64,000 nt of DNA from the IMG/VR virus record IMGVR_UViG_3300033802_000463, positions 1 through 64,000 of that record; one strand, 5' to 3'. The first letter of the stretch is position 1. Every line of letters begins with the position of its first letter. The notes below the pieces were generated by a model. It was not told the DNA's origin. It did no database searches and saw nothing but the letters and a program-made list of their open reading frames with translations. The DNA is from a virus. Below, one piece after another: positions 49,875-60,320 of this stretch. Both the position numbers and the translations under genes were made by a program.

Positions 49875-50584
49875 AAATTCAACTCCTTATATTCAAACAC
49901 CGGTCGATATCCAACGTGCATGTCAGCTGTTGCAGCATCCGCACGATACCCCATCCGATTAAAAGTTGGATTAAAGACCAATTGCCCAACTTTCCCTCTC
50001 CTAACTTTGCTTTTCGCGTTAGCGTTTCGGGTGGCTCCATCAGCACTGGCCAGACTTGTAATTGGTGTGTCTTGACACCATGTGCTTACGCCTACGCTCC
50101 AGTGAAACACATCATCGAGTGTCTTTCCTTGTTGAACCAATTCGGTAGGAAACTTAACCAGGTAACGATCCCATTCATTGTTGGTAGGCCAAGCTCCAAA
50201 TCCAAGATCTCCATCCAGATACATCTCACCGCTGGCATTTGCGTATGCAACGCCGCCTGTAGGAGTACGTAGCAGACCTGAATAGCCGTCCAACACTTCT
50301 GGCTTACCTTCAATGAGTTTGTTATTGTTTAGTGCAACCCACGTGACGGAGTGAAAAATCGTTCTATCACTTACCAACAACCCTCTTGCCACTTTTATAA
50401 AGTAAAAGAACCCATTTGAAGCAGTGCTCCAGTCCGATCCTTCCAATGGATATTCCGTATATCCTTTATCGCCAAGAGATATGGTGTTTGTCTGTTTGGT
50501 GTAATTAGTTTTGATATAGTCCCCAATCCCCATTTCCTCGATTTTTGATCTAAGTTGGCCTATTGTCGCTGGAACCGGCATCAT
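49871..50584 (-). CDS. Single-domain CLec-like protein, homologous to an internal domain of 46428..49874
   Basis: GFFYFIKV...LVSDR...LRTPTGG...NEWDRY...RRG...GYRPVF. Confidence 0.7.
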   Translation of the reverse strand: MMPVPATIGQLRSKIEEMGIGDYIKTNYTKQTNTISLGDKGYTEYPLEGSDWSTASNGFFYFIKVARGLLVSDRTIFHSVTWVALNNNKLIEGKPEVLDGYSGLLRTPTGGVAYANASGEMYLDGDLGFGAWPTNNEWDRYLVKFPTELVQQGKTLDDVFHWSVGVSTWCQDTPITSLASADGATRNANAKSKVRRGKVGQLVFNPTFNRMGYRADAATADMHVGYRPVFEYKELNL

Positions 50585-51276
50585 ATGTCACTCACTTTCT
50601 TAATAGACTTGAACTGTGTTTTATCAATTACAGCAGACAACACCGTTCCTGTTCCCACTGCCCCTTCGTTTGTCATGGCGCTGGTGTATCTTGTCTTAAA
50701 CTTGAGTTGTCCATCAGCTACCAGCTTGTCATCCAGAGTGAATGTATTTTGTGGATCTTGGTTGTTGAAATCAAGATTTGTTGCTTCCCCTGGCCCTGCC
50801 TGCGCAGATAAAGATGCACGGATCTTCACGTATCTTGCTTGTGGAGGAGTAGTTGGATCAAGAGATTCATAGTTTGTGAAAGACATTCCATCTTGAGATG
50901 AAGCCACTTCAAGAGAAATATCTGTCGTTGGCGTAGCGATTTGTTTCACTACATCCACTAAGCTTGTATTAATCCATCCTTCTCCTAAATCAATAATAGG
51001 AGATTCCCATGTGCCTGATGTGGCGTAAGCATTTGTTCCAAAAGCTTTTAATTGTATCTTTCCACCGGCCACTTCCGTATTGGTGAATGTACCAATTGTC
51101 AGATCTAGCTGTTTACTGCTTGTCGCTTTAATCTTGCCGGCCTGCGCCTCCAGCCAATCCAACCGTGCATCGACGGTTGGAAAACGCCCCTCTGCTTTTG
51201 GTGCTACGACATTGATATCAAGGTCTTTAGTTTTATTCAATGCTTGCGAGGCTTTTCCCAAGGAAATAACATCCAT
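50581..51276 (-). CDS. Fibre/adapter paralogue (MDVIS family)
   Basis: MDVISLGKA...FPTVDARLDWLE; GTWESPIIDLG; C-terminal GTVLSAVIDKTQFKSIKK. Confidence 0.75.
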   Translation of the reverse strand: MDVISLGKASQALNKTKDLDINVVAPKAEGRFPTVDARLDWLEAQAGKIKATSSKQLDLTIGTFTNTEVAGGKIQLKAFGTNAYATSGTWESPIIDLGEGWINTSLVDVVKQIATPTTDISLEVASSQDGMSFTNYESLDPTTPPQARYVKIRASLSAQAGPGEATNLDFNNQDPQNTFTLDDKLVADGQLKFKTRYTSAMTNEGAVGTGTVLSAVIDKTQFKSIKKVSDI

Positions 51277-51291
51277 GACTGTTCACCTTCC

Positions 51292-51783
51292 TTAGTCGAT
51301 TGTAGTGATCGTAGCAACCCCTGTAATATTTCCTGTTTCCAAATCGTAGGAGTAATCTTTGCGAATCGTCACGTTTTTGCCGTCCTGCACAAATTTCTTT
51401 TCTGAATAGCTCAGGATCCCGTTTTCCGGATCCGTATATACGTAGTCCACCGTATATTCGACATCACCCGTTACAATTTGCTTGATTACATTGCCGTTCG
51501 TATCGTATTGGTATGTTTCATTGAAATTGCCCTGCTCGGTCAACCCGACCAGGAGCTGCTTAATGGATTGAATTTCTTCCGTGTGAGAGTCGATAATGCC
51601 ATTGTTTCCGTCCACGCGGCCGATCAATTCTTCGAGCTGCTGGCTTATATCTTGAATGGATTGATCGATGGAGTTCAGTCGCTCTGGCAAGTTGGCTTTT
51701 GTTCCCTTCGAGTTTTCCAAATCGGTGATCAGCTGCTGCAGTTCGAATCCAAGGTCTTCTTTCAAAATTTTCGTGAGTGACAT
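51292..51783 (-). CDS. Coiled-coil plus YD-like repeat protein (fibre attachment candidate)
   Basis: LPERLNSID coiled coil; YQYDTNGN and YSYDLETGN. Confidence 0.65.
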   Translation of the reverse strand: MSLTKILKEDLGFELQQLITDLENSKGTKANLPERLNSIDQSIQDISQQLEELIGRVDGNNGIIDSHTEEIQSIKQLLVGLTEQGNFNETYQYDTNGNVIKQIVTGDVEYTVDYVYTDPENGILSYSEKKFVQDGKNVTIRKDYSYDLETGNITGVATITTID

Positions 51784-51798
51784 GACAGGTTCCTCCAA

Positions 51799-52650
51799 TC
51801 AAAGGATCTCAATATGTGATGGAACAATCAGTTCATCGTTAAATATGTCTTGATTTGTCAGCAGTGCCGGCTGGTCGTTCAAGTAAAATTTGAGTACACT
51901 GAAGTCAACGATCTTTGTATTTGCATTCATGATTTCTTGAACAAGATCATGGTAGATAAATCCTTGTCCTAATTCAAACTTGCCGAAATATTGATACAGG
52001 TTTGTTTTGACATCCAATCTCGCTTTGTCTTTTTCGGCTGTTGTCGCCGACTCGTGAAACACAAGCTGTATGCGCAGCTCAAGCGGAATTTGGTTTGGCA
52101 GCATGATAAGCGGCCGGATCCCGTACCCTTTGACCTTTTGCACCTCTTGCTCGACGCTTTCTTTCACCAAATTGGAGTCATAACCGTACTGCGGGATCAC
52201 AATGAAACTAAAACTTCCTGTCCCTTGTGTATATTCAGATCCAATCACATCAACGACACCTGGGACCGCGAGACATGCAATGCGAAGCGCATGATAATTG
52301 GCATTCGCCGCGGTGAGTACCCTCTGCGAAATCTCATAACGGTATGTCTCATCATCTAATGGAGCGGTTGTGGTTTCGCCGGTTTTTGCATCATAATGCG
52401 TTACATTGCGTCTTGGATAACTGAAGAGCGCCCCAATCAGATCCAGGTATTCGTCCGATGCTTTACTCAAGAATCCTGCATTCACAATCATTTCTCCGTA
52501 ATCATACAGCCTCGGGAACTCTGGGCCAATCGCTTCAACAATCGATCGAGCAATGGCGCCGGCGCGAAAATTGGTAATCGGAGTATGATCCTTCAAGTGC
52601 TGAAAGGCATCGGCCAGAATCTCATTAACAGATCGTTTTAATAATGGCAT
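51799..52650 (-). CDS. Baseplate J-like wedge protein
   Basis: TNF.AGAIARSIVEA, A.DEYLD.IG, DDETYRYEI, AVPGVVDV, GTGSF. Confidence 0.82.
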   Translation of the reverse strand: MPLLKRSVNEILADAFQHLKDHTPITNFRAGAIARSIVEAIGPEFPRLYDYGEMIVNAGFLSKASDEYLDLIGALFSYPRRNVTHYDAKTGETTTAPLDDETYRYEISQRVLTAANANYHALRIACLAVPGVVDVIGSEYTQGTGSFSFIVIPQYGYDSNLVKESVEQEVQKVKGYGIRPLIMLPNQIPLELRIQLVFHESATTAEKDKARLDVKTNLYQYFGKFELGQGFIYHDLVQEIMNANTKIVDFSVLKFYLNDQPALLTNQDIFNDELIVPSHIEIL

Positions 52651-52662
52651 GATCGCACCTCC

Positions 52663-53070
52663 TTAGAGGTTAAGATTATTTTTTACGACAATCGGCTTGT
52701 TTTCGCCGGCATTGAGAAAGGTATAGTAATCAATCTGATAAATATTCACAGGGACAGGCCGGATCTCAAGATCTTGCGGCTGGAAGCGGCCGTCATACGT
52801 TAAAGTCTCCATGATTTGGGCTACGCCTTTCATGGCCGTTTCCCGTGTGTTCGGCTCGCCCTCCAAAAGCTCCAGGTCTCCTCCGATTTTCGGATGGCTG
52901 CGCCAATCCGTCGTTTGAGTGCGGATACGATTATTCAGATCCTGGCGTGCCGATTCATATTCACCGGTAAGCCGAAAATCAACCAATCCTTCACCATCTG
53001 CGGGGCCGAGATCGAAATCTCCTTCTTTTTCTCCATAAAAAGCGATATCTGTTTCATCATACTTTGGCAT
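52663..53070 (-). CDS. Baseplate gp25/W-like protein
   Basis: Q....RIRT...DW..HP.IG.DL..L.G pattern; position before J. Confidence 0.65.
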   Translation of the reverse strand: MPKYDETDIAFYGEKEGDFDLGPADGEGLVDFRLTGEYESARQDLNNRIRTQTTDWRSHPKIGGDLELLEGEPNTRETAMKGVAQIMETLTYDGRFQPQDLEIRPVPVNIYQIDYYTFLNAGENKPIVVKNNLNL

Positions 53071-53416
53071 CACTTCCACCTCCGATCATATCCAAAACGG
53101 CTTTATAGTCATCATTTATTGGATCAAAAGGTTGCTTCTCAATGTCGTCAATAACTTGAAAGTTTTTGCAAACAAACTGAATGTTTGGCGCATAAACGGA
53201 GAACATCATACGGGACGGATCCATACGAAATCCGAGATGATAATAAGCAAATGCTTCAAGCACGCCGCTGTCCCGAGCTAAAAGTCCAGCTCCTGAAACC
53301 TTATTAATGAGTCCAATGTCATGCGTTTTCGCTTCATTTGATGCCCTCAGCATGTCATCAATGTTCTGCTCGATAGGAAACATGATGTTATTCAGCTGAT
53401 CCATCCATTTCGCCAT
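53057..53416 (-). CDS. Hypothetical baseplate-region protein
   Basis: RBS GGAGG before ATG 53416. Confidence 0.6.
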   Translation of the reverse strand: MAKWMDQLNNIMFPIEQNIDDMLRASNEAKTHDIGLINKVSGAGLLARDSGVLEAFAYYHLGFRMDPSRMMFSVYAPNIQFVCKNFQVIDDIEKQPFDPINDDYKAVLDMIGGGSDAKV

Positions 53417-53525
53417 CTTCCTGCTCCTCCAATTGGGCTTCTGTGGCCATGCAATCTGGACAAAATGATTCATTGCAACAAGGACATTGAACAAGAAATG
53501 TATGACATTCCGGACACTTATTCAT
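53388..53525 (-). CDS. Small zinc-ribbon-like protein (CPEC, CPCC, CPDC) with an acidic tail
   Basis: ATG 53525 with RBS GGAG; three CxxC motifs. Confidence 0.55.
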   Translation of the reverse strand: MNKCPECHTFLVQCPCCNESFCPDCMATEAQLEEQEDGEMDGSAE

Positions 53526-53536
53526 AACTCTCTCTC

Positions 53537-53932
53537 CTAGAAATGAAATAATTCCTTCAGAAACGAGCTCACGCCATATCGCAAGTCGTTCCAAAACATG
53601 GTCAACTGTGAAGGATCACGATAAAACGCAGTTACGATCGGTTGCTTTTTGTCGCCGCCGATAAATTGCACCCACACGCGATCATTCACCGAAAGACCAT
53701 GATCGATGATGCCTTGGCTGTAGACAAAACACGGGACATTTTTGTAGGTTGTCACCTGCTGTCCAGTTCGTACCTCCACATCCACCGTATGGCGGAGTGC
53801 CGGATCAACAAAATGACTTTCTCCATAATAAGCCGTTACATATCCAATAAGTCCCGGGGAGCTCAAATCAAGAGCTCCCTCAATACCTTGCTTTGCTATT
53901 TTCCGACTAATTTCACTTTGCTCATATGCCAT
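53537..53932 (-). CDS. Baseplate spike N-terminal (OB-fold)-like protein
   Basis: G.V......TVDV...YKNVP...NDRVWVQFIGGD...PIV; follows the hub. Confidence 0.55.
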   Translation of the reverse strand: MAYEQSEISRKIAKQGIEGALDLSSPGLIGYVTAYYGESHFVDPALRHTVDVEVRTGQQVTTYKNVPCFVYSQGIIDHGLSVNDRVWVQFIGGDKKQPIVTAFYRDPSQLTMFWNDLRYGVSSFLKELFHF

Positions 53933-53945
53933 GCTTACCCACTCC

Positions 53946-56900
53946 TCATGTCGGGTAACTGATGTGAATGTGGTTGTAATGGTCGCTTCGGACAATGAAG
54001 GTCTTTCCTGGATATTTAGCTCGCATCCTGTTCAGGATATCGCTGTCGGCATGAATGATGCCGTCAAATCCAATCTGAGCTGCCAGGTCAATAATGGTTT
54101 CTACCATTTCTCGATCCGCGTTATTGACAAATCGAAGCTTTCCGGCAATGACTTGCATATCAGGCGTATCGATATCAAAGGCAAATCCCGTGTTATGCCA
54201 ACTCAACGAGCTGCCATCTTGTCTTCGATAGGTGGAAGTGATGAGCAGCTTCTTTCCTGTTCTTGCTGTGTACGCCAATCCCAGCTGCTGCAGCAAATCC
54301 GCTGTCGCTTTACGAATCAGCGGCGCCTGCATAATGGGTTGATAGAAGTTCACACTGGTTACAGTATTGGTGCTGACAAGTACGCTGCTTGCTTGCTGAG
54401 GTGTGAGCAAATATTTTCGTTTCCCTGCTTCGCTCCGATCCGTCGGCACTTCCGAATTGGTGATTACTTTCGAAACAGAAGGCATTTTGAAGTTCGGATC
54501 GTGCTTTGCGATTTGAGCCATGATGTTGGCGATTTTCTTATGCCATTGCTTGTCGCTTGCATACTTGACATTCATGCCGACAAGTGTTGGGCCATTGTAA
54601 TATTTTCCGCCAGGCGTCAAATAATTTTCTTTGATTTTGTTCGCTGCATAGTAGATGCAATCTTGAACGGAAGCAAATCGATACGCGCTGTTATACGGAT
54701 CGCGATCGTAGGCTCCATAACCAAACAGGTTATTTTTATCCTTGAAGATCCGCGAAGTCCCCCATCCTGTTTCTAACGCCGCATGAGCAGCCAAGTACAG
54801 ACCATTCATGACATTCTCTCCGTTTGCACTTCCTTCAATCATCAACGGAGATGGCGGAGATGGGATAGAAATTTCAACTTGCTTAAAGTATTTTCCAAGG
54901 CCGGCAAGCCCAGTTCCCTGGAATGCAGCATCAATCGCTTCCGCAGAAATGCCGCTAGGTTTGTTCAAATCCATATTTTCAAAGCTATTTCCAACAACGC
55001 CATACCCACTGCCATTATTTATGGCCTCTGTCAACTCTTCACCGGTGATCAATGAGCGGCGTTCTTCGTATATGGGTTTTCGTGCGGCATCCTTTTCCTG
55101 ACGTTCCAGATGTCCCTTCCATTGCCTTCGAGCTTCTTCAACTTCGAAATTGTAGATTCGAATTGCTTCAGGATCTGGGATCACCTTGTAGCGATGCTTT
55201 TCAAAAAAGCTTGCAGCCAGTTTTGAAAAGTCAATGGGACTGTTGTTATTGTTTTGCATGAGCATATCACCTTCATTGGTGATCGGCGCATATTGCGTCG
55301 TATCCGCGCCCAGGAAGCCGGCAAGAATAGCTCCCACTACATTGTTGGTTAATACGCGCTGCCAGAAGTCTGGTGAGTCACCAATGACAGATCCCATATG
55401 TCCATTGATCCCTGCAGAAAACTCCATTCCATCTTTTCGAAGAACGGCGATGATGCAAGCCTTTCTTGTAAACAAGAACCGCTCAATTAATTCGCTAATC
55501 GAAGCGCAGACGATTTCAACAATCGCAGTTTCGATCAGGAAGGCGGCAATACCTACGGGTCCGCCAAATATCGCCAGAGCACCGCTTGCGGCTTGCCAAC
55601 CGCGTCTTCCCCATTTTGCTGCCTTGGCAGTAACTTTGAAGCCGCGGTTCATGAAATTGCTCGCGCCAACCTTTAACTTTGCCAACTTGGCAGGGTCAAT
55701 TTTATGATAACCCATAAAACGTTTATCGTACAAAGTTTTATCCAAGTTATCAAATAGGGCGATGATATCTTTTTCTGAGAAATTCTCGATTTTAGAAGCA
55801 ATATCCTTCAATATTCCGCTTTTTGTCCAGCGATTCTTCATTTCGTTCGTAACAGGATCGTAACGCCTTACTTCTTTGGATATTGGGTCGATTTCAATGC
55901 GTCCGCCCTTTGTATCGATGGTTCGCGTTTGTTTGAGCTCTTTTCCGGCGCTTTGACTCCATTCTTTGATAATGGAACCGACCTTTGTGGCATTAAACTT
56001 GCCTAACAGAGCATCATATCTGCGTTTAACGACCGCCCAAATCGCATTCATGATTGGGAATGCGCCTTTGTATCCCATGTTTCGCAGCACTGCGCGCAGT
56101 GTATATGACAAGATCATGTATGTGGCTACATGCATCAAGCTTTGAAGCATGGTCATGACGTGACGATCGTAATTAACCACTACGGCGTCCGGCTTAATCA
56201 TCGTAATGAATCCTGTTTCAAAGTTGAACAAATGATTGACTTCCCGCACTTCAATCGGACCATTCATGTTATGGAATGTGTCTTGGAAGTAGCAAATATC
56301 GTGCGGCTTCACAGAAGGATCGCCGGTAACGGTCAGATAGCCGTCATACATTTGTTTTACAAAATCTCTGAGCCCCGCAGCAGCAATTTTAATGGCAACT
56401 TTCTCATCGAAGTACCACTTTGGAAGCTTGTTTAAGAAATGACCGACAAGCGGAATATGCTCGATCAATCGGATGCCTTGTGCGTTTAGCTGCGTATCGA
56501 TCTGCACAGTTCGCTGAAGCTCCGGCCAAATATTCGTATCCACGTAAATGCCTTCTGTTGTATCCAGATTGCCTTCGTTGCTGTAAACACCAACGGCTAC
56601 CGTGTACATGTTTTCAGTTGTGGCAATGATTTGATTCTCCAAAATCGATGTCCAGCTATCATAAATATGATACTGTCTAAACGGTTTGGAGAGCGTTACA
56701 AAATCGTAATGAGATGATTTTGCATCTTGCAAGCCATTGCCTCCGATAGCTTGGTATCCGTATGCAAGTGGAAAGTATGGCTTGCCCATAAATATGGTGT
56801 TTCGGAAATCGAAAGGATGAACAGCCAAAATAAAGTCTTCGCCGATCGCCGCACATACGCTGAGGACATCCCATACGGTTTTATCATACAGATTGATATT

Positions 56901-59900
56901 GATTCCTACTTCGTCGCCTTCCCCAATGCCAAAGAAGTTGCCAAGCTTGTTCCAAAAGCTGTTGGCTTCATCTCGAAGCAAGCCGGTTGTCTTATAAATG
57001 TTTTGTGTGATTTCATTTCGCTGCCGGTCTTCAAAAGCACCATTGAAATTGATCGCATTATGATTGATTGGCGGGCCCGGCATGCCAAAATGCATGATCC
57101 CCAAAGAGTGCTGCTGATAATCGGCATTGCTCCATGCTTTGGAGAGATCGGACCAGAAACCGGTATGATCAGTCAGGATCTCATCAATGATTTCCGTTGG
57201 TTCTTTTTTGCTGAAGACCCATCCGCGCGTAGTATCGCCAGGCGATGCTTTTAACTTGTTGGTAAGCTCAATACCGTCATCCTGACAGATGACCGTAATT
57301 GTTTCTCCGTTATTCTGCAGCTGCGTAATGACGCCATTCATGATGGTTGGCATATTGGCCGCGTTTGAACCATATCCCATCCGGAAGTGAACTCTGGCGC
57401 CAGTGCGCAAATAAATCGAATTGTACCAGTTCGGATTGCGTCCGCGGCGCGATTTCTCAATCTCACGAGCCAGAGATGAAGGATTGAACATTAATTGTAC
57501 AATGTCCCATCCGTTGGTATTTGTAAGATCCATGCTTTTCATAGCATCATCCAAGTTGCCGAATACATTGGACATCTCCAATACAAGGGTGCTCGAAGCC
57601 GTCTTTCTGCTGTTTGTATACATAATGTCGGTGACCGCCCGATAATTAAAGTAATTATCGGACATCTTTGTGGCCGCCACATACTGCCCTTCGTCAACAA
57701 ACAGAAGCAAGAAAGTCGGAAACGCCCGCACAAGTCGGCCGCGGCGGTCATACTTGCGCATATCATGGAAGCTTTCCCGAAAGATCTTGTCAAAATCTCG
57801 GTATTCCTTCTCTGTCAGCTGCGAGTCCGTGAAAGTCGGCGTATCACTGTTCATGTTGATCGTCTTGTAATCCGGAACTGGAAGCTTGCTGTATTTTTGC
57901 GCAATCTGCACGTCCGTCCACTTGTCGATCTTATCAACCTCATTGAGCACGGATTTGATGATCTGCGAAACAAGATACGGCATCTTCTTGTTGCTGTTTA
58001 AGAGCAAATTGTATTCCCGCTCATAACCGAGGTACATCGAGATTGCGCCGACCCAAATGGCTTTTTGTTTTTGCTCCGGCTTTAGATCAAAAGCAGTAAA
58101 TACGTAATCATTGACCAGGTTTGCGCCTTGTACGATATCAAGATAATGCTGCATCAACTTGCAGCCTTGTTCCACATTGTATTCGATGTTTCGCGCCAGG
58201 CTATTCGGATCACCCATGAGCGGACTTACGCGCATCACGCCGATATAGGATGCATTCCGAAGGAAGTTGGCATCCCTAAAGTAACGCATGTCTTGCATCT
58301 GCATGACAGGTATTCCAATCTCTGTAACTTCGATTCCTCCAAGCTCTTTGTTGGCGCCCGGACCCACTTCATAAAATTGACGGAGCTTGGGGTCAAAAGC
58401 TCTGGCCAATGCTAACATGAGAGCTTGATCCACTCTGGGAGCCGTAAGATCCGATTGTTCATTGGACACATCTTGTGCTTTTTTCCGGATCAAGGTCTCC
58501 ATGTCCTGAACAGACAAGTTGGCCACATCGACCGATTGAGGAACCGGTGTGGCGACAACAGGATTCTGTTGCTGCTGTTTGATTTCTTCGATATTATCGA
58601 GAACTTGCTGATCCGGATTTATGGATCCCGGAATAACCGTAGCCTTTCCATTCATCGAATCGCGCCACTCTGATGGAAGGGTAGAGTTTTCGGACAGATA
58701 GCGATCAAGCTCACTGCCAAAGTCTATCGGATCATCGTAGATGAGGAAAAAGTCCGGATCCACATATTCTCCATCATTCAAGTTTGGAATCTCAAACCCC
58801 GCTTCCCTGACTTCTTTATAAGTAGGAAGCTCTAAATCCGGATAGAGTTCAATCATAGACATAAGCTCTTTGATTTTTGATTCATAGATGGCGCGCTTTT
58901 GCCAATCCTGGTCGCTCATGAAATCAGCCAAACCAGCAAAGAAATCGGCATTGCGAATGAAAGGCTTGTCAAAAATATCCCACCATTGGTAGTTGCTGAG
59001 CTCAAACGGAATCGTCTTGTTGTTGGCCTTATCATAAAGCATTTGCACTTCTTCAAGGCGCTTGGCGGCTCGGTTAAATGCAGAGAGCGTCAGCGTGATT
59101 TCATGTACGCCTGGCATCCCTTCTACAGTCGTGGAAACCATATCTTCTACGACTACATACGTGCAGCCGAATAAACGTGTCAATTGATGATCGAACTGGA
59201 TGAATCCATTGGACAAGACTTGATGATACTCCCGATTCAGATATGTAGAGCGGCGAACCAAATTCTCCAGACTGGCAAGAGCTTCCGGATCATCCGTTCT
59301 GAAGCGGGCAATATACACTGCATCTTGGGAGCCCAAATATTGATGTGTTGGCGACTCATGGGCCTGCAGCTGGACTGACGTGATAATGTTTTGGTAGCCG
59401 ACGCTCAACTCTTCGAGTACAAGCCCCGGGATATCCCAGTTATCCATCCGGAACTCATAAGTTTGAAGCAGTTTGTAAATATCATCGGCGTACATGCTGT
59501 CGATTTCTTCATCGAACATAATTTGCTTCCATTCGTCAATCCAACCGGTTGGGATGCCGTCTTCATCTTTGCCGGCAGGACGCGGCACCGGAAAGATGCC
59601 GCCTATCCACATCCAGTCTTCTTCATCAAGTCCTGGCTTATCCTTTTTGTCATTGATCCATTTTTTAATGAGCGTGTTGCGCTTCTCGCGCCACTTCTTC
59701 ATCATTTGCAAATCTTCTTCGGCCACAATGCGAAACATGAAATCGTTATGCAGTTCAATTTGCAGCGGCTCGTAGAACAAGATGTTGCGTTTGGGATTTG
59801 GCTCCAGGCTGCGGCGATAATACCATCGGAACAATGGCCAGTTAAACATCTCCTCGAAGCTTCGCTCTGATTGATCAAAAATGTAAGAGAAGGGATTAAA

Positions 59901-60308
59901 AGCATACATCTGCAGCTGAACCATAAGGCAGTGCGGGAATCCTTTAATCGTCTGCACAGAGATGCCGGCGATCGTTACCGCCTCAATTTGATACGTATCA
60001 TTGAGCAGTTTATTGGATATCGGCAGAAATGGACATTTTCGCACTTGTGCGAGCAATGGCCGCAATTCATTATTAATGCTTTGCATGTTTGGGAAAAACA
60101 AATTGAGCTCAATAATATGATCAAAATATCCGGACGATTTCACCATGCTGCTTCGGCTGCGCAGCATGTTGATTTTTTCATTTTTCATCCGTTTGGTTAC
60201 GGTTATCGCGGTTGGCGGTATATAGAATTGAGAGTCTCCAATTCGCAAATGATGATCACGCAACGCCCCGTACAGGGCGTCGCGATCATCATATCCAAGA
60301 GTAGGCAT
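53946..60308 (-). CDS. 2,120-aa tail hub-like protein with virion-associated lysins (SLT-like, GH73 glucosaminidase, M15-like peptidase)
   Basis: [10 protein letters not shown]...[11 protein letters not shown]...YASD; ITSTYR...WHNTGFAFD...HYNHIH; [14 protein letters not shown] and GDPSVKPHD hub-like motifs. Confidence 0.82.
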   Translation of the reverse strand: MPTLGYDDRDALYGALRDHHLRIGDSQFYIPPTAITVTKRMKNEKINMLRSRSSMVKSSGYFDHIIELNLFFPNMQSINNELRPLLAQVRKCPFLPISNKLLNDTYQIEAVTIAGISVQTIKGFPHCLMVQLQMYAFNPFSYIFDQSERSFEEMFNWPLFRWYYRRSLEPNPKRNILFYEPLQIELHNDFMFRIVAEEDLQMMKKWREKRNTLIKKWINDKKDKPGLDEEDWMWIGGIFPVPRPAGKDEDGIPTGWIDEWKQIMFDEEIDSMYADDIYKLLQTYEFRMDNWDIPGLVLEELSVGYQNIITSVQLQAHESPTHQYLGSQDAVYIARFRTDDPEALASLENLVRRSTYLNREYHQVLSNGFIQFDHQLTRLFGCTYVVVEDMVSTTVEGMPGVHEITLTLSAFNRAAKRLEEVQMLYDKANNKTIPFELSNYQWWDIFDKPFIRNADFFAGLADFMSDQDWQKRAIYESKIKELMSMIELYPDLELPTYKEVREAGFEIPNLNDGEYVDPDFFLIYDDPIDFGSELDRYLSENSTLPSEWRDSMNGKATVIPGSINPDQQVLDNIEEIKQQQQNPVVATPVPQSVDVANLSVQDMETLIRKKAQDVSNEQSDLTAPRVDQALMLALARAFDPKLRQFYEVGPGANKELGGIEVTEIGIPVMQMQDMRYFRDANFLRNASYIGVMRVSPLMGDPNSLARNIEYNVEQGCKLMQHYLDIVQGANLVNDYVFTAFDLKPEQKQKAIWVGAISMYLGYEREYNLLLNSNKKMPYLVSQIIKSVLNEVDKIDKWTDVQIAQKYSKLPVPDYKTINMNSDTPTFTDSQLTEKEYRDFDKIFRESFHDMRKYDRRGRLVRAFPTFLLLFVDEGQYVAATKMSDNYFNYRAVTDIMYTNSRKTASSTLVLEMSNVFGNLDDAMKSMDLTNTNGWDIVQLMFNPSSLAREIEKSRRGRNPNWYNSIYLRTGARVHFRMGYGSNAANMPTIMNGVITQLQNNGETITVICQDDGIELTNKLKASPGDTTRGWVFSKKEPTEIIDEILTDHTGFWSDLSKAWSNADYQQHSLGIMHFGMPGPPINHNAINFNGAFEDRQRNEITQNIYKTTGLLRDEANSFWNKLGNFFGIGEGDEVGININLYDKTVWDVLSVCAAIGEDFILAVHPFDFRNTIFMGKPYFPLAYGYQAIGGNGLQDAKSSHYDFVTLSKPFRQYHIYDSWTSILENQIIATTENMYTVAVGVYSNEGNLDTTEGIYVDTNIWPELQRTVQIDTQLNAQGIRLIEHIPLVGHFLNKLPKWYFDEKVAIKIAAAGLRDFVKQMYDGYLTVTGDPSVKPHDICYFQDTFHNMNGPIEVREVNHLFNFETGFITMIKPDAVVVNYDRHVMTMLQSLMHVATYMILSYTLRAVLRNMGYKGAFPIMNAIWAVVKRRYDALLGKFNATKVGSIIKEWSQSAGKELKQTRTIDTKGGRIEIDPISKEVRRYDPVTNEMKNRWTKSGILKDIASKIENFSEKDIIALFDNLDKTLYDKRFMGYHKIDPAKLAKLKVGASNFMNRGFKVTAKAAKWGRRGWQAASGALAIFGGPVGIAAFLIETAIVEIVCASISELIERFLFTRKACIIAVLRKDGMEFSAGINGHMGSVIGDSPDFWQRVLTNNVVGAILAGFLGADTTQYAPITNEGDMLMQNNNNSPIDFSKLAASFFEKHRYKVIPDPEAIRIYNFEVEEARRQWKGHLERQEKDAARKPIYEERRSLITGEELTEAINNGSGYGVVGNSFENMDLNKPSGISAEAIDAAFQGTGLAGLGKYFKQVEISIPSPPSPLMIEGSANGENVMNGLYLAAHAALETGWGTSRIFKDKNNLFGYGAYDRDPYNSAYRFASVQDCIYYAANKIKENYLTPGGKYYNGPTLVGMNVKYASDKQWHKKIANIMAQIAKHDPNFKMPSVSKVITNSEVPTDRSEAGKRKYLLTPQQASSVLVSTNTVTSVNFYQPIMQAPLIRKATADLLQQLGLAYTARTGKKLLITSTYRRQDGSSLSWHNTGFAFDIDTPDMQVIAGKLRFVNNADREMVETIIDLAAQIGFDGIIHADSDILNRMRAKYPGKTFIVRSDHYNHIHISYPT

Positions 60309-60320
60309 GGATTATCACTC

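Noticed and set aside
48150-50000. C-termini of the two other CLec-like domains (GFRPIL, GYRPVF) as additional VRs
   Set aside because: No nucleotide similarity to the TR is visible, so they are not current targets of this DGR.
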